DNA of 64,000 nucleotides from an uncultured Verrucomicrobiae bacterium (GCA_963845665.1 CAWJTA010000002.1:2733581-2797580); one strand, 5' to 3'. Shown: positions 28,611-38,846, numbered from the stretch's first letter. Translations and numbers: made by a program. Notes: generated from the sequence alone by a model not told the origin.

Positions 28611-29335
28611 GAATCGCCACTTCCATCTTCGTCTCGGTCCTGATTTGCTCACTGGCGAGCGCCCGGGCAGCGACCAATGATGCTTTTGCCCTGGGCGTCG
28701 CGGCATATCGCAGCGGAGATTTTGGCCCTGCCGCGCGGGCGTTTAAAGATGCCGCCGCAGCTCAGCCGGCTGCCGGCACGTTCGTCAACCTGGGGCTGGC
28801 GGAATGGCAACGCGGCCACGGTGGTCCGGCGATATTGGCCTGGCAACAGGCGCTGTGGATTGATCCGTTCGAAAAGCGCGCCGCCGAAAACCTCCACTTT
28901 GCACGCGAGGTGACCCAATTGGATGCGCCACAGCTTAACTGGTTTGAAGCATTGTCCAATTGCCTGCCCTCCGCGGGTTGGCTTTGGCTCTCCGGAGCCA
29001 GCCTCTGGCTGTCCGCAGGTATGTTGCTATTGCCGTCCGTTTTCCGGCGGCAAAAAGCGCCCTGGCATCAAACGCTGGCAGCGTGCGGTCTTTGCGTTTT
29101 TTTGTTCAGCCTGGCGGGAAACTGGGGCGTCATCAGCCGCACGCGCGTCGGATTTGTCCTGCAAGATAACGCGCCGCTGCTCTTGACGCCCACGCGCGAC
29201 GGCGAAGTCACTTCGACTTTGACCTCTGGCGAGCCGGCGCGTGAACTTCGGAGGCTGGGAAATTACTACTTGATTCGCACTGTGTCTGAAACGGGATGGG
29301 TTGAACGCGAAGAATTCGGCCTGGTATCGCAATAG
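28607..29335 (+). CDS. batE: BatE-like TPR + TM + SH3-like protein
   Basis: ATGA overlap with batD. Signal peptide, TPR ('AFALGVAAYRSGDFGPAARAFKDAA'), two TM helices and an SH3-like end 'GEPARELRRLGNYYLIRTVSETGWVEREEF'. Confidence 0.6.
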   Translation: MRIATSIFVSVLICSLASARAATNDAFALGVAAYRSGDFGPAARAFKDAAAAQPAAGTFVNLGLAEWQRGHGGPAILAWQQALWIDPFEKRAAENLHFAREVTQLDAPQLNWFEALSNCLPSAGWLWLSGASLWLSAGMLLLPSVFRRQKAPWHQTLAACGLCVFLFSLAGNWGVISRTRVGFVLQDNAPLLLTPTRDGEVTSTLTSGEPARELRRLGNYYLIRTVSETGWVEREEFGLVSQ

Positions 29336-29585
29336 AGCGTCGCTCAAATTCCACGCCAATTTGCCTGAAGTTCACGCTTTCCTTCTCTTGACATTTTTCC
29401 TCATTCTTTTAATTGCTTTGTAAATTGACAAAATCCTGCATTGGCACCTGTCGTGCTTGTTTGCGAAAACCGTGTGAACTCGAATGCGCCCAGTCGCCAG
29501 CGGACCTTGGCATTGACCTTGACCGTTGTATGTCCGGATGACAAACTGGCTGGCACAGATAAGAACCCCTGTCCCTCAACACGTT

Positions 29586-32500
29586 ATGTTACAAAAAATC
29601 CCTCGGACTCTCCGGCTGATAATCTTCTCGATTTTTTGCCTTCATCTTATGAGTGCTGAAGCCAGCGTCACCGTGAGTATTCTGCAGGGCAACCAGACTG
29701 TGTCGGTGGGCGAAACAGTTGACTTCGGCGCCACAGTCACGACAACCGCGGGCGAGGTGATCACGGGTTATCAATGGTTGATGTCAACCAATGCCCAGGG
29801 TCCGTTCACCGTGGTTGGCAACTCAAGCGCCCTGGTTCTGGCTGACGTTCAAACCAATGCTGCCGGATATTATTTTGTGAGTGTCACCTATGGGCCTGTT
29901 GGCAACCAGCAAACAGTATCCAGCACAGTGGTGAGTCTGGTGGTGAATCTCCAACCGCAAGTCGCAGTCCAGCCGGTGAGCCTGTCCCTTCCGGTGGGGA
30001 GCAATGCCGTGTTCAGCGTTGTGGTTGGTGGAGCGCCACCGCTGACTTTGCAATGGCAAAAAAACGGGACAAATCTGACGCATAGCAGCCGCGTGACGGG
30101 AACCACCGGTACGACTCTCGAAATTCAGAATTTAGCGCTGACCGATTCCGGCAATTACGAAATTGTCGTGACCAATTCCTACGGTTCAACTAATAGCCAG
30201 GTGGCTGCATTGCAGGTGTATTTGGCTCCGCCAGTCTTTACCGGCCCGACCAACGCGGTTGGAAAACAGGGATATGCTTTCAATTATACGATTTCAGCCA
30301 CTGGCACGGCGCCGATCACGTTTGGCGCCGCCGGATTGCCTGCCGGCCTGAATGTGAACTCGACGAACGGCGTGATTTCGGGCATCCCGTCCGTTGCGGG
30401 CGTTTTTGATATTGGTCTTTTCGCGACGAATGCTGCGCAGACGACCATCGGAAATCTATATCTCACATTGGCCGATGACATTCCCGTCATCACCAGCGCA
30501 ACGAGTGCGACGGGCCAGCAGGGGCAACCATTCAGCTACACTATTACGGCTACCAACGACCCGGCATTATTCAGCGCCGTATCGTTGCCTCAGGGACTGA
30601 GCGTGGACCCAAACAACGGCATCATCTCCGGCGTGCCGCTGGTCAGCGGTTCGTTCCCCATAACAATAGGCGTGACCAACGCCTATGGGTCCAACAGCGA
30701 AACGTTGACGTTGAATCTGGCTTCCGGCGCGCCAACCATCATCAGTCCCCTCGGGGAAAATGGCGCGCAAGGACAATCGCTCAGTTACACGATCGCGACT
30801 CACAACAACGCTGCTTTGTTTAGCGCCGCGCCGTTGCCTGAGGGTCTGAGTCTGAATACGAGCAGCGGTGTCATTTCGGGTGTGCCGTTGGTCAGCGGTA
30901 CGTTCCCCGTCGCCATTGGCGCGATGAACCAATATCGGTTCCGACAGCAAGACCGTCACGTTTGACATTGGCGGCGGAGTGCCGGTCATCACGAGTCCCT
31001 TGAATGTCACGGGCTGGGAGGAGCAGACGGATTTCGATTATACTATCACCGCAAGCAATGCGCCGGCCGTGTTTTGGGCCTCGGACCTGCCGACAGGACT
31101 TTCGGTGAATACGAACACAGGTGACATCGCCGGCTACACCACTCTATGCCGGCAGCTACGCCATTCCGTTGTTTGCCGCAAATGCCTGGGGAGTCGGAAC
31201 GGCCACCCTGCAATTGACCATAACGAACATGGCTATCACCAATCTCGTCATCGCCAATGTAATGACCAATTATTCGTCTCCCTATCTGCTGGAGTTCAAG
31301 TTTTCGCTGCGTCGACGGCAATGATCCAGACGAGCCATGCCGTGGTCGCGTCGCCCTCTTTGATGTCCGTGACCGCTTTGAAAATGGCGTGCCGGTCAGT
31401 CCGTCGGAAACCTCCGTCCTTCTCCGGCCCATTGACAGCAGTCCGCCAAGGTCCTCAAGGGGTATCTGGTTCTGGACTTCACCGAGAGCATCGCCTCGAC
31501 CGGCCAACGGCGAAGACGGCAATGGCATTCCCGACGCCGTTGCCGCCGAAGTCGCCAGCGCCCAAAGCTTTGTCAACGAACAGCCGGCCGACGTCGCAAA
31601 TCGGTGTCTATGAGTTTCACCGGGACGATGAAGCGCCGCAGCAGGTGCATGTCGTTAACCACCGATAAAACTCTTCTGGACAATGCTCATCGCCGGCATC
31701 TGGACCAATTATGTCCAGAATTTCCGCCGGTGGCTCGCGCATATGGGATGCCTTGGGCGATGCGATCACCGCCTTGGCGCCGGCCAACAGCGACGAGAGC
31801 CACTACATCGTCTTCATGTCCGACGCCCAGGATGACTCCAGCACCAACACCTTGCAGAACGTGATTGACGCCGCGACCAATGCCAGCGTGCAAATTTACA
31901 CCGTCGGCATCGGCGACGATGTGAACACACCAACATGCTCGAGCCATTACCAGTTCCACCGATGGCCGGTAATATACCCCTCCACCAATTTGGTCGGACT
32001 TCGCCCTTGATTTCGCCCAGATCGGCAAGGACCTCAGCAGCCAATACATTCTGCGCTGGGCCACGCTGCAGCGCGCCGCCGTTCCATTCATGCCTTCGTT
32101 CCAAATCACTTATCAAGGTGTGACCGCCGACTCGCCCACCAATCCGCCCCCCTTCATCAGCGGCACAAATTTTGTGACCGTCACGAATTCCGACGGTGTC
32201 ATTGAGCACCAACGACGTTTATCTTTACACGACCAATGATATCATTCCGCCCTACGACCCTGCCACCTACGCGGGCGACGTGTTCGCTGGCTCACTGCGC
32301 TTCGTTTCGGATGCCGGCGTGGATCCGCCGGGAATCACATTGTGTGCCACTTACGCCCCGCGCTATATCAGCCGCCTCCATCTGCATTATCGCGCCAACT
32401 GGCCCGCCACCTTGAGCCTGGAATCCACCAATCCCGGCGAAATACTGGCCGGCTGGACTTTGACCCAAACCAACGACGGTGCCGGCGGTCAATGGGCATA

Positions 32501-33093
32501 TTCTGAGCAGCCCGAATCCCTCCATTTTATCCGATTGCATCCCGTTTGCTGATTTCGGCAAGCCTCCTGACCTTTTCTTTCCAGGATCCCATCATCGTCA
32601 GCAATGCTTTCAGCGAGTTTGCAGTGGACAACACCATTTACACCAATACCGCCGGAACGAATTTCTACGGGTTCACGCTCCAAAATACCAACGCCATTTT
32701 CACCTTCTAGCCTTGCCGCCGCCCCACGGAACTCCCATACCGTGGTTGCAGTCAGCTACGGGTTTACAAACAATTTCGCCGCGGCGGAACTGCTCGACCC
32801 CAACGGAAATGGGTTTGACGGTCTGGCAGGACTATCTCGCCGGGCTGGATCCACTGGACACCAACTCCACTTTTGCCGTCCAATACGCCTCGTCGCAAAA
32901 TCCGCCCCAAATCGTCTTCAACACCGCTGTTGGACGAACCTATCGTGTTGAGTGGGCCATAAACCCGGATGACGAATGGACGGTGTTGCGCGACGGGATT
33001 GTCGGCACGGGCAGCGATGTGATTTTCACAGATGAGCGTAATTTGAGCGGCGCACCAACTATGTACTATCGCGTAGCCGTGGAAGTTCCGTAA
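29586..33093 (+). pseudogene. Giant secreted Ig-like / He_PIG-repeat / vWA adhesin-like gene, disrupted (~1165 codons if repaired)
   Basis: Signal peptide 'MLQKIPRTLRLIIFSIFCLHLMSAEA', Ig-like modules, 4 He_PIG-type repeats, a vWA-like domain ('YLVLDFTESIAS', 'IYTVGIGDD', 'STDGR*YTPP') and a C-terminal beta-sandwich ending 'MYYRVAVEVP'. The frame is intact from 29586 to 30935. After that, the homology-consistent reading changes frame about 16 times and passes an in-frame TAA (31970-31972) before the stop at 33091-33093. Confidence 0.8.
30228..31228 (+). repeat. Four tandem ~249-nt (83-aa) He_PIG-type 'putative Ig' repeats inside the adhesin-like gene
   Basis: Units start at about 30228, 30480, 30729 and 30979. 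Each has the pattern 'P.I(T/I)S....G..G..FSYTI.A.N....F.A..LP.GLS.....G.ISG.P...G.F...'. Confidence 0.8.
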
Positions 33094-33230
33094 TTCCCGT
33101 GGATCTGATTTGACGCGCCGAATCGCGGTTTGTCCCCGGTGCCCACGCCACGACGAGAACGCGCGAAAAGAGCACTCTCTGATCCGTAGTTGGCTCTCCG
33201 CTTTTGGGCCCAAAAAACGAAGTGAGAATT

Positions 33231-35630
33231 TCATTTTTTTGATGATTGGGGCAGTCCTGAAAAAGAATCCTGGTTTGTAAATCTTAGGGACCATTTAATG
33301 GTCCGGCTCGTTTTAGAGGAGATCATAACACGAAGCCAACCACTTTCTTCATCTGCCGGGGGATTGGGAGTGATGATCGCGTCTTCCGCTGATACCGAGG
33401 CAGAGATAAATTTCCAGTTGCTTGAGTCGTCATCTACTCCGGCAATCCGAATCTCGTACGGGTCATTCCCGACAACCTGGCTGGTCGCCGAAAGCGTTCC
33501 TGTAGATGGATTCCATTGCTCGCCCTTAACGTCAACTATTCCCTGGGTTACATGCTGTGAAGTGCTAACAAGCACGGGGTGGTCTTCAGCAGCGCGGACC
33601 GCAATGACGCGGCATGATTCCGCCGGCACATCGAATTTGAAAACGCCTTTGAAAGACGGCAGAGGTGATTTGTTCCAAAAGTCAAAGGCGTAATAAGACT
33701 TCGTCGCATCCAATCCCGCTTTGGCGGCGTCATAACTTATATATTTCTTCTCGCTGTCCCAATTATACAGCCCAAGGACGTCACGATGCACGGAGCCGCT
33801 GGCGTCTGTGGTCAGCCAAATCTCCGGCATCGTGGTATCAAAATAATCCACCGGGCGTGCTGTGGCATGATAAGGAATCATACAACGTTTGAGAATATCA
33901 AGACGTTCAGGTGAAAGGCCGGGAAGCCAATCGCTGTCGAGGTTAAACATTCCGCTCAGAGCCATCCACGAGGCAAGCAGTTGCGCATGATTCAGCTTTA
34001 CGCTGTCGCGAACGTACGCGGGATCCGGATCATTCCACCATACGCGTCCATTCAGAAAGTAAAGCCGGTTGCCGCGAATTGGTCCGGTGATGATGCCACC
34101 GCCATCGGGATGAATAATCTCCTTGCGGTAGTCCTCCCAGCCAAACCCGTTATCCGGGCCAATCCGCATCGAGTCCACCAGGCCGATGGAGCCGCCCAGG
34201 GAACGCATATTCTGGCTGGCGCAGCAGCCGGAGAAAAAGACATTTGGCCCGGCGCCTTTGCGCAGAAGCTTTAATCCATCCCGAAGCGCTTCGATACTGG
34301 TTTTCATCGGGTTGTAAAAAGGCAGATAGTTGCCGATGGCATCATCTTTATACCCATCGTTAACATATAGTTGTTCTGTGACAGAACCTGTCCACAGCCC
34401 GTCCAACTTAAAATAGTCATAGCCCCACTCATGTATCGTGTGAGCCAGGTCTATAATGTGTTTTTGAACATCCGGCCTCGTTAAATCGAGTGACGTGCCG
34501 CCCCAAACCGTATCGTAAGGGCTGCCATCCAGGCGTTTCATGAACCAATTTTGTCGGCCTATATATTCCGGGTCCTGATAGTTGCGGGCAAAGGGGATAA
34601 ACCATATTCCAGCGGTCAACCCGTTGCTTTTTATCATATTCGAAATCGGCTTCATGCCGCGCGGATAGGCGCCACCAGGCGCCGCCCTGGTAAACCCCCG
34701 CCGGGGACCGTTAAATAACCCGCCATCCTGCCATCCATCATCGATCTGCACAAACGAGAATCCGTAAGGCTTGAGTTCTTCAGCTGCGTATTTAGCCAGC
34801 ATGGTGATGTTTTTCTCGTTGCTGCAACCGCCCCCGCCTTTTTTATCAGTCAGTCCGCCTACCTCGGAATACCAGGTACAATAACCGGCAGCTTGCGGAT
34901 GGAGCTGAATGTGATACCGCTTTTTAATCGCATCGGCGTAGGTTTCTTCGCCGATTCGCGCATCATCAAACACACCGATGGCCAGAGTTTCCAATGTTTC
35001 TGACCTCCTGGGAAGTATATGCAAATGGCCGTAGTCAATCTGGGCTTTAAATTCAGTACGACCATCTTTCAAGCTGGAAAATATCACTCCACTGCCGCGG
35101 TCTTCAGTCAGCCAGCCGGCGACAACCCCGCGGCGTGTCCCTGGATCGGCAAGTGTCAGGAACAGATAACTCCCAGGGTTCATGTCGGGAGCGGTCAAAC
35201 CGGCTGTTCCCATCGTGCGGAGTTCGCCAGGCGACTTGCCGAGATCAAGGTCGAATGTCACCACAGCAAGCTTGTGGTAGTCGGTGACAGCGGCGCAATT
35301 ATTGCGCAATTCCCTGCGAACAAGAAGAAACGGAAGATGGTTATAAAGCTCGAGATTCACGATGCTGCCGTTGGCCTGTGACACCACGATTCTCGATCCC
35401 TTGCCAAACACCGGGTCATTAGCAGGACGGATAGCCGCCTCCTTTACCCCGCCTTCCAATTTGCCATTAACCAGAAAGCGGTCGCCTGTGGCCTTTTCTA
35501 TTCCGCAGAACGCTCCGGTTACCGCGTCAAACTCAATGGACAATGCTTCATTACCGATAGTATATGGAGTCGCAATTAATTCATTTGGAACCCAAACCGC
35601 TAAAATTAAAATAATTGCCCAGTATTTCAT
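33231..35630 (-). CDS. Secreted alpha-galactosidase-like glycoside hydrolase (GH36/GH27 clan-D-like)
   Basis: Signal peptide. 'FSFVQIDDGWQDG' and 'EWGYDYFKLDGLW' match the DDGW and Y-x-K-x-D motifs of melibiase-type enzymes. The family assignment is tentative. Confidence 0.6.
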   Translation of the reverse strand: MKYWAIILILAVWVPNELIATPYTIGNEALSIEFDAVTGAFCGIEKATGDRFLVNGKLEGGVKEAAIRPANDPVFGKGSRIVVSQANGSIVNLELYNHLPFLLVRRELRNNCAAVTDYHKLAVVTFDLDLGKSPGELRTMGTAGLTAPDMNPGSYLFLTLADPGTRRGVVAGWLTEDRGSGVIFSSLKDGRTEFKAQIDYGHLHILPRRSETLETLAIGVFDDARIGEETYADAIKKRYHIQLHPQAAGYCTWYSEVGGLTDKKGGGGCSNEKNITMLAKYAAEELKPYGFSFVQIDDGWQDGGLFNGPRRGFTRAAPGGAYPRGMKPISNMIKSNGLTAGIWFIPFARNYQDPEYIGRQNWFMKRLDGSPYDTVWGGTSLDLTRPDVQKHIIDLAHTIHEWGYDYFKLDGLWTGSVTEQLYVNDGYKDDAIGNYLPFYNPMKTSIEALRDGLKLLRKGAGPNVFFSGCCASQNMRSLGGSIGLVDSMRIGPDNGFGWEDYRKEIIHPDGGGIITGPIRGNRLYFLNGRVWWNDPDPAYVRDSVKLNHAQLLASWMALSGMFNLDSDWLPGLSPERLDILKRCMIPYHATARPVDYFDTTMPEIWLTTDASGSVHRDVLGLYNWDSEKKYISYDAAKAGLDATKSYYAFDFWNKSPLPSFKGVFKFDVPAESCRVIAVRAAEDHPVLVSTSQHVTQGIVDVKGEQWNPSTGTLSATSQVVGNDPYEIRIAGVDDDSSNWKFISASVSAEDAIITPNPPADEESGWLRVMISSKTSRTIKWSLRFTNQDSFSGLPQSSKK

Positions 35631-35773
35631 CTTTTACCATCATTCTGCAGCCCGCCAAGGTTGAATAGACTGATTGGGATTGCCCGTTGCTCTGTATTAG
35701 TACCTATCAGTCCCATTTGTCTCTTTCGCCGGCTGTTCTAATTTCTATTCACATTCACGCGACGGTTTAATTC

Positions 35774-36700
35774 TCAAGGATGAGATTCAGGAGTCCAACC
35801 CCGGTACCAATACAAAGTCCAAAGTAAATCGAGACGGACGAGCTTGACGTGGGCGTCAGCGAAAGCGACGTTTATAGACCCGGGAAGGATGCCGCCGGCC
35901 GGCCATTGTGTATGAGCTTTGGCAGTTGGATGCCCGGAATAGCTGCCGTGGCGCGCAATGCAGAATCGTTCGATACCTTCAGTGCTGCCGCTTGGATCAT
36001 TTGCCGTTGAACCCATCGTCTGCGTATACAGGCTATAAGGCGGAAACTGGTTCACGTCCGGCCAGGCATCGCACCACAACGCATCCGCGATGAGAGGTGT
36101 TTCTGCCGGAAACTTCACCATGGATTCCTTTTGAAAATTGATCGTGGTATCTCTGTCATAGTAAAAATAACCGTTCAAGCCGTAGCCTCCCTGATACTCT
36201 GTCGTATTTGGATTGCCACCATAAGGAACACCGTTGTAATACCATACTTTATCCGCTGCGCCATACATGGAGTTGGCCGGAATTTGGGCGCCGAATAATT
36301 CCGGCGTCATGGGACAAATGCGAACCTTTTGCACTGTAGATTGATAGCTAATCAGATTCACCATCCATATGCCCTGACCCTGGCCTCCACCATTGTTAAA
36401 AAAAGTGGTGCCATTGTCGTCGAAATACATTTTGCAGGCGATGGCCATTTCCTTTTCGTTGCTCATGCAGGCGGCCTGCAGAGCCTTTAACTTGCCCTTG
36501 TTCAATGCCGGCAATAGGATCGACGCCAGGATGGCAATGATGGCCACCACTATCAAAAGTTCTATTAGAGTGAAGGCCGATGGACCATAAACATTTGGCT
36601 TTTTCACGAATAGCATCGAATTTTCAAAGCGGCCTGCCATACTGACAGCCGGGAGATTTCTCCCGGCTGCCATGCTGTTTGATGACTGAATTTCCAACAC
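35774..36700 (-). CDS. Prepilin-type N-terminal cleavage/methylation domain protein (pseudopilin-like, H-X9-DG/DUF1559-like)
   Basis: 'SAFTLIELLIVVAIIAILASILLPAL' and C-terminal 'INVAFADAHVKLV'. The start is either ATG 36700 (4 nt after the LamG gene) or ATG 36616 ('MLFVKKPNVYGPSAFTLIEL'). Confidence 0.85.
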   Translation of the reverse strand: MLEIQSSNSMAAGRNLPAVSMAGRFENSMLFVKKPNVYGPSAFTLIELLIVVAIIAILASILLPALNKGKLKALQAACMSNEKEMAIACKMYFDDNGTTFFNNGGGQGQGIWMVNLISYQSTVQKVRICPMTPELFGAQIPANSMYGAADKVWYYNGVPYGGNPNTTEYQGGYGLNGYFYYDRDTTINFQKESMVKFPAETPLIADALWCDAWPDVNQFPPYSLYTQTMGSTANDPSGSTEGIERFCIARHGSYSGHPTAKAHTQWPAGGILPGSINVAFADAHVKLVRLDLLWTLYWYRGWTPESHP

Positions 36701-36704
36701 TTTC

Positions 36705-38846
36705 TTATGGCGGTGTTAAAGTTGTGCGATAAAACGCCGCCGGACCATTTGCCGGAACCGCGTACGGGGATGTCGCAGTATTCGCGTATGTCCAGGGACC
36801 GTTAATTGAGGTGGCTTCCTGCAGATAGCCAGAGTTCCAGGTAATGATGACGTTCGGGCCTGAAAGCTGGATTGAGACAAGCGGAGGAGAGGCATTTGTT
36901 CCTGTAAGGCCAATTTGGTAATGCTGCTGGATTTGGGCGGGTGTCAGAGCATAATCATAAATGGCTACGTTGTTTATTGAACCGTCCAGCGATGGCGGTA
37001 TCACCCCGGCTGGACCATTTGCCGGGCGTGCCCCGATCGCCCACCCCCCGTTGGCCGTAACAGCGCCCGGCGGCATATTCGTGTCCAACATGTCCGCAAT
37101 ATCAACGCCGTTGCGATACAAACGCCAATATGTGCCATCCGCCACGCCGACCAAATAGACCCACTGCCCCTGATCTTCGGGGGGGACCGCGTAATAAGGA
37201 CCAAAAGTCGGAGGAATGGCGACTTGCACGTCGCGTTCGAAGCTATATTCACCATATGGATCAATTTCAAGAGCGTCGTCTGACTTGTTCGGGTTTGCAT
37301 CAATTGCCGGCCCATGGGTGACAATGTATTGTTGATCAGAGATATCCTGAAGCTGGACCCAGGCTTCGATCGTGAGCGGCCCGACAATGCCCATCGCAGT
37401 GGGATTATTAATGTAAATACCGTTGGTAGCGGCTGAATCTAAAGTCACCGCAGTTCCAAGATAGCTGCTGGCTCCGGGTTGTTGGAAAAGCACGGGTGCA
37501 TTGGTCGCATCGTAGGTGACATAAGTGCCGTTATTATCAACAGGGTCAATCAAGTCATAACAGACCGGGCCGTTTGTTTCATGCAACGGGTAAAAAGCCA
37601 CGGGTAGGGCACTGATAACGTTGGACTGATAAACATCCAAAGGCAACGCCTGGACCAGTAGTGTGACGGGACCGATATTGGTGCTGCCGAGGATGTTCGT
37701 GACGGTGACGCTGTAACTGCCCGAATTCGTCAATTGAAGATCGTTTAAAGTCAATGTGTTGTTTGTGGCGCCGTGAATGGGCGATGCGCCGTTATACCAT
37801 TGATAGGACAAGGGCTGTGTTCCACCGGCAGTGATGGAAAAGGTACGGCTGTAGCCGATGTAGTTTGTCCCACCGACCGGCGGCGCAGACGGGAAAGGGG
37901 CCGACACGTTCGCACCCGAGACACCAGTCAAATAATGGTTCAGGATTTGGGTAGGTGTGAGAACATTGGTATAATACGCGACATGCGATACGGCACCGTT
38001 AAAAAACAAGTCGCGCGTATTCCCCGTGTTCCCGGCGCCACCAAAATAGGATTCACAATACGACCCAATGATAAACGGTTCTATGTGAGTTGGCAACGCG
38101 AAGATGCCTGCATAGGTCGGGTTGTTAGCCGCGTAGATCAAAACTCCGTTCTCATAGAATTTAAAGGAAGATGCACTATAAGTAATAACCATATAACTGT
38201 CCGCCCCTGCCACGTTATTTGTAAAAGCTTCTGGAGTGGGCCCGCTCGAGGTCCAGCCAGCATGGTTTCCATGGGCAAGGTTTACGTCCACTATTCCCGC
38301 GGAACCCGAACCATCAACATGAGTATCAATCCACCATCCGGCCTGGCTGCCGCTGTTGGCTTCGAGGCCTAAAATCACCTGTTCATTTCCGTTGGTATAA
38401 CCAATCGGGTAAGTTGGCAAATGCACCCAGGCTTCCATCGTGAAATTGCTGGCCGGGTCCATTTGAGCATTGTAGGGGACCACAATTTGTGCGTTGGTTA
38501 ACTGGCCGTCTAAGTTTGTGAAATACACGGCAGTTTCATTCGGGAATCCAGGCAAAAGGCCGGGGCCTCCCATGTTATAGGAGATGCCGTCTGATGATCC
38601 GGCGCCCGCGGGAATAAATGACACGTGATAATCCTTGGTTGTCGGCAAATCCGTGGAGGTCATCAGAGTCCCGCTATTGGTGCCGGCGACGTCGTTGATA
38701 ACAGAACCGGATGTTTCCTGCAAAGGCCAGTATGCGTAAGCCCCGTCACTCAATACTGTGCTATCGTAGGCCGTTAAACCAAGCGCAAGGCTGGCGTTTA
38801 GCATCATCAATGCGGCGATCAAGGTGCTTAGTTTATTTATTTTCAT
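36705..38846 (-). CDS. Secreted double LamG (concanavalin-like lectin) protein with a central Ig-like module
   Basis: Signal peptide 'MKINKLSTLIAALMMLNASLA'. Two 'YWPL.E..G....D' LamG starts. Ig-like 'PLSYQWYNGASPIHGATNNTLTLNDLQLTNSGSYSVTVTN'. A conserved C-terminal ~60-aa module follows. Confidence 0.8.
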   Translation of the reverse strand: MKINKLSTLIAALMMLNASLALGLTAYDSTVLSDGAYAYWPLQETSGSVINDVAGTNSGTLMTSTDLPTTKDYHVSFIPAGAGSSDGISYNMGGPGLLPGFPNETAVYFTNLDGQLTNAQIVVPYNAQMDPASNFTMEAWVHLPTYPIGYTNGNEQVILGLEANSGSQAGWWIDTHVDGSGSAGIVDVNLAHGNHAGWTSSGPTPEAFTNNVAGADSYMVITYSASSFKFYENGVLIYAANNPTYAGIFALPTHIEPFIIGSYCESYFGGAGNTGNTRDLFFNGAVSHVAYYTNVLTPTQILNHYLTGVSGANVSAPFPSAPPVGGTNYIGYSRTFSITAGGTQPLSYQWYNGASPIHGATNNTLTLNDLQLTNSGSYSVTVTNILGSTNIGPVTLLVQALPLDVYQSNVISALPVAFYPLHETNGPVCYDLIDPVDNNGTYVTYDATNAPVLFQQPGASSYLGTAVTLDSAATNGIYINNPTAMGIVGPLTIEAWVQLQDISDQQYIVTHGPAIDANPNKSDDALEIDPYGEYSFERDVQVAIPPTFGPYYAVPPEDQGQWVYLVGVADGTYWRLYRNGVDIADMLDTNMPPGAVTANGGWAIGARPANGPAGVIPPSLDGSINNVAIYDYALTPAQIQQHYQIGLTGTNASPPLVSIQLSGPNVIITWNSGYLQEATSINGPWTYANTATSPYAVPANGPAAFYRTTLTPP

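Noticed and set aside
29586-33093. Programmed ribosomal frameshifting or recoding as an explanation for the multi-frame adhesin-like gene.
   Set aside because: About 16 shifts in both directions plus a nonsense codon would be needed, with no shared slippery motif or downstream structure at the junctions. That is incompatible with known programmed frameshifting. Pseudogenisation or a consensus-error artefact is far more likely.
33178-33190. A 13-nt exact match ('tctgatccgtagt') to the anticodon arm of tRNA-Arg (56845-56857), in the same orientation, bracketing the whole glycan island like an att direct repeat.
   Set aside because: Identity does not extend into the tRNA 3' half on the outer side, as a displaced tRNA fragment would require. 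No integrase or other mobility gene is present. A single 13-mer match in 64 kb is not far from chance expectation. It is worth re-testing only with flanking genome context.
33202-33215. A perfect 14-nt palindrome 'ttttgggcccaaaa' between convergent genes, considered as a terminator.
   Set aside because: It has no loop-forming centre and only a short GC core. It could be a protein site or a restriction-type palindrome, but there is no supporting context.
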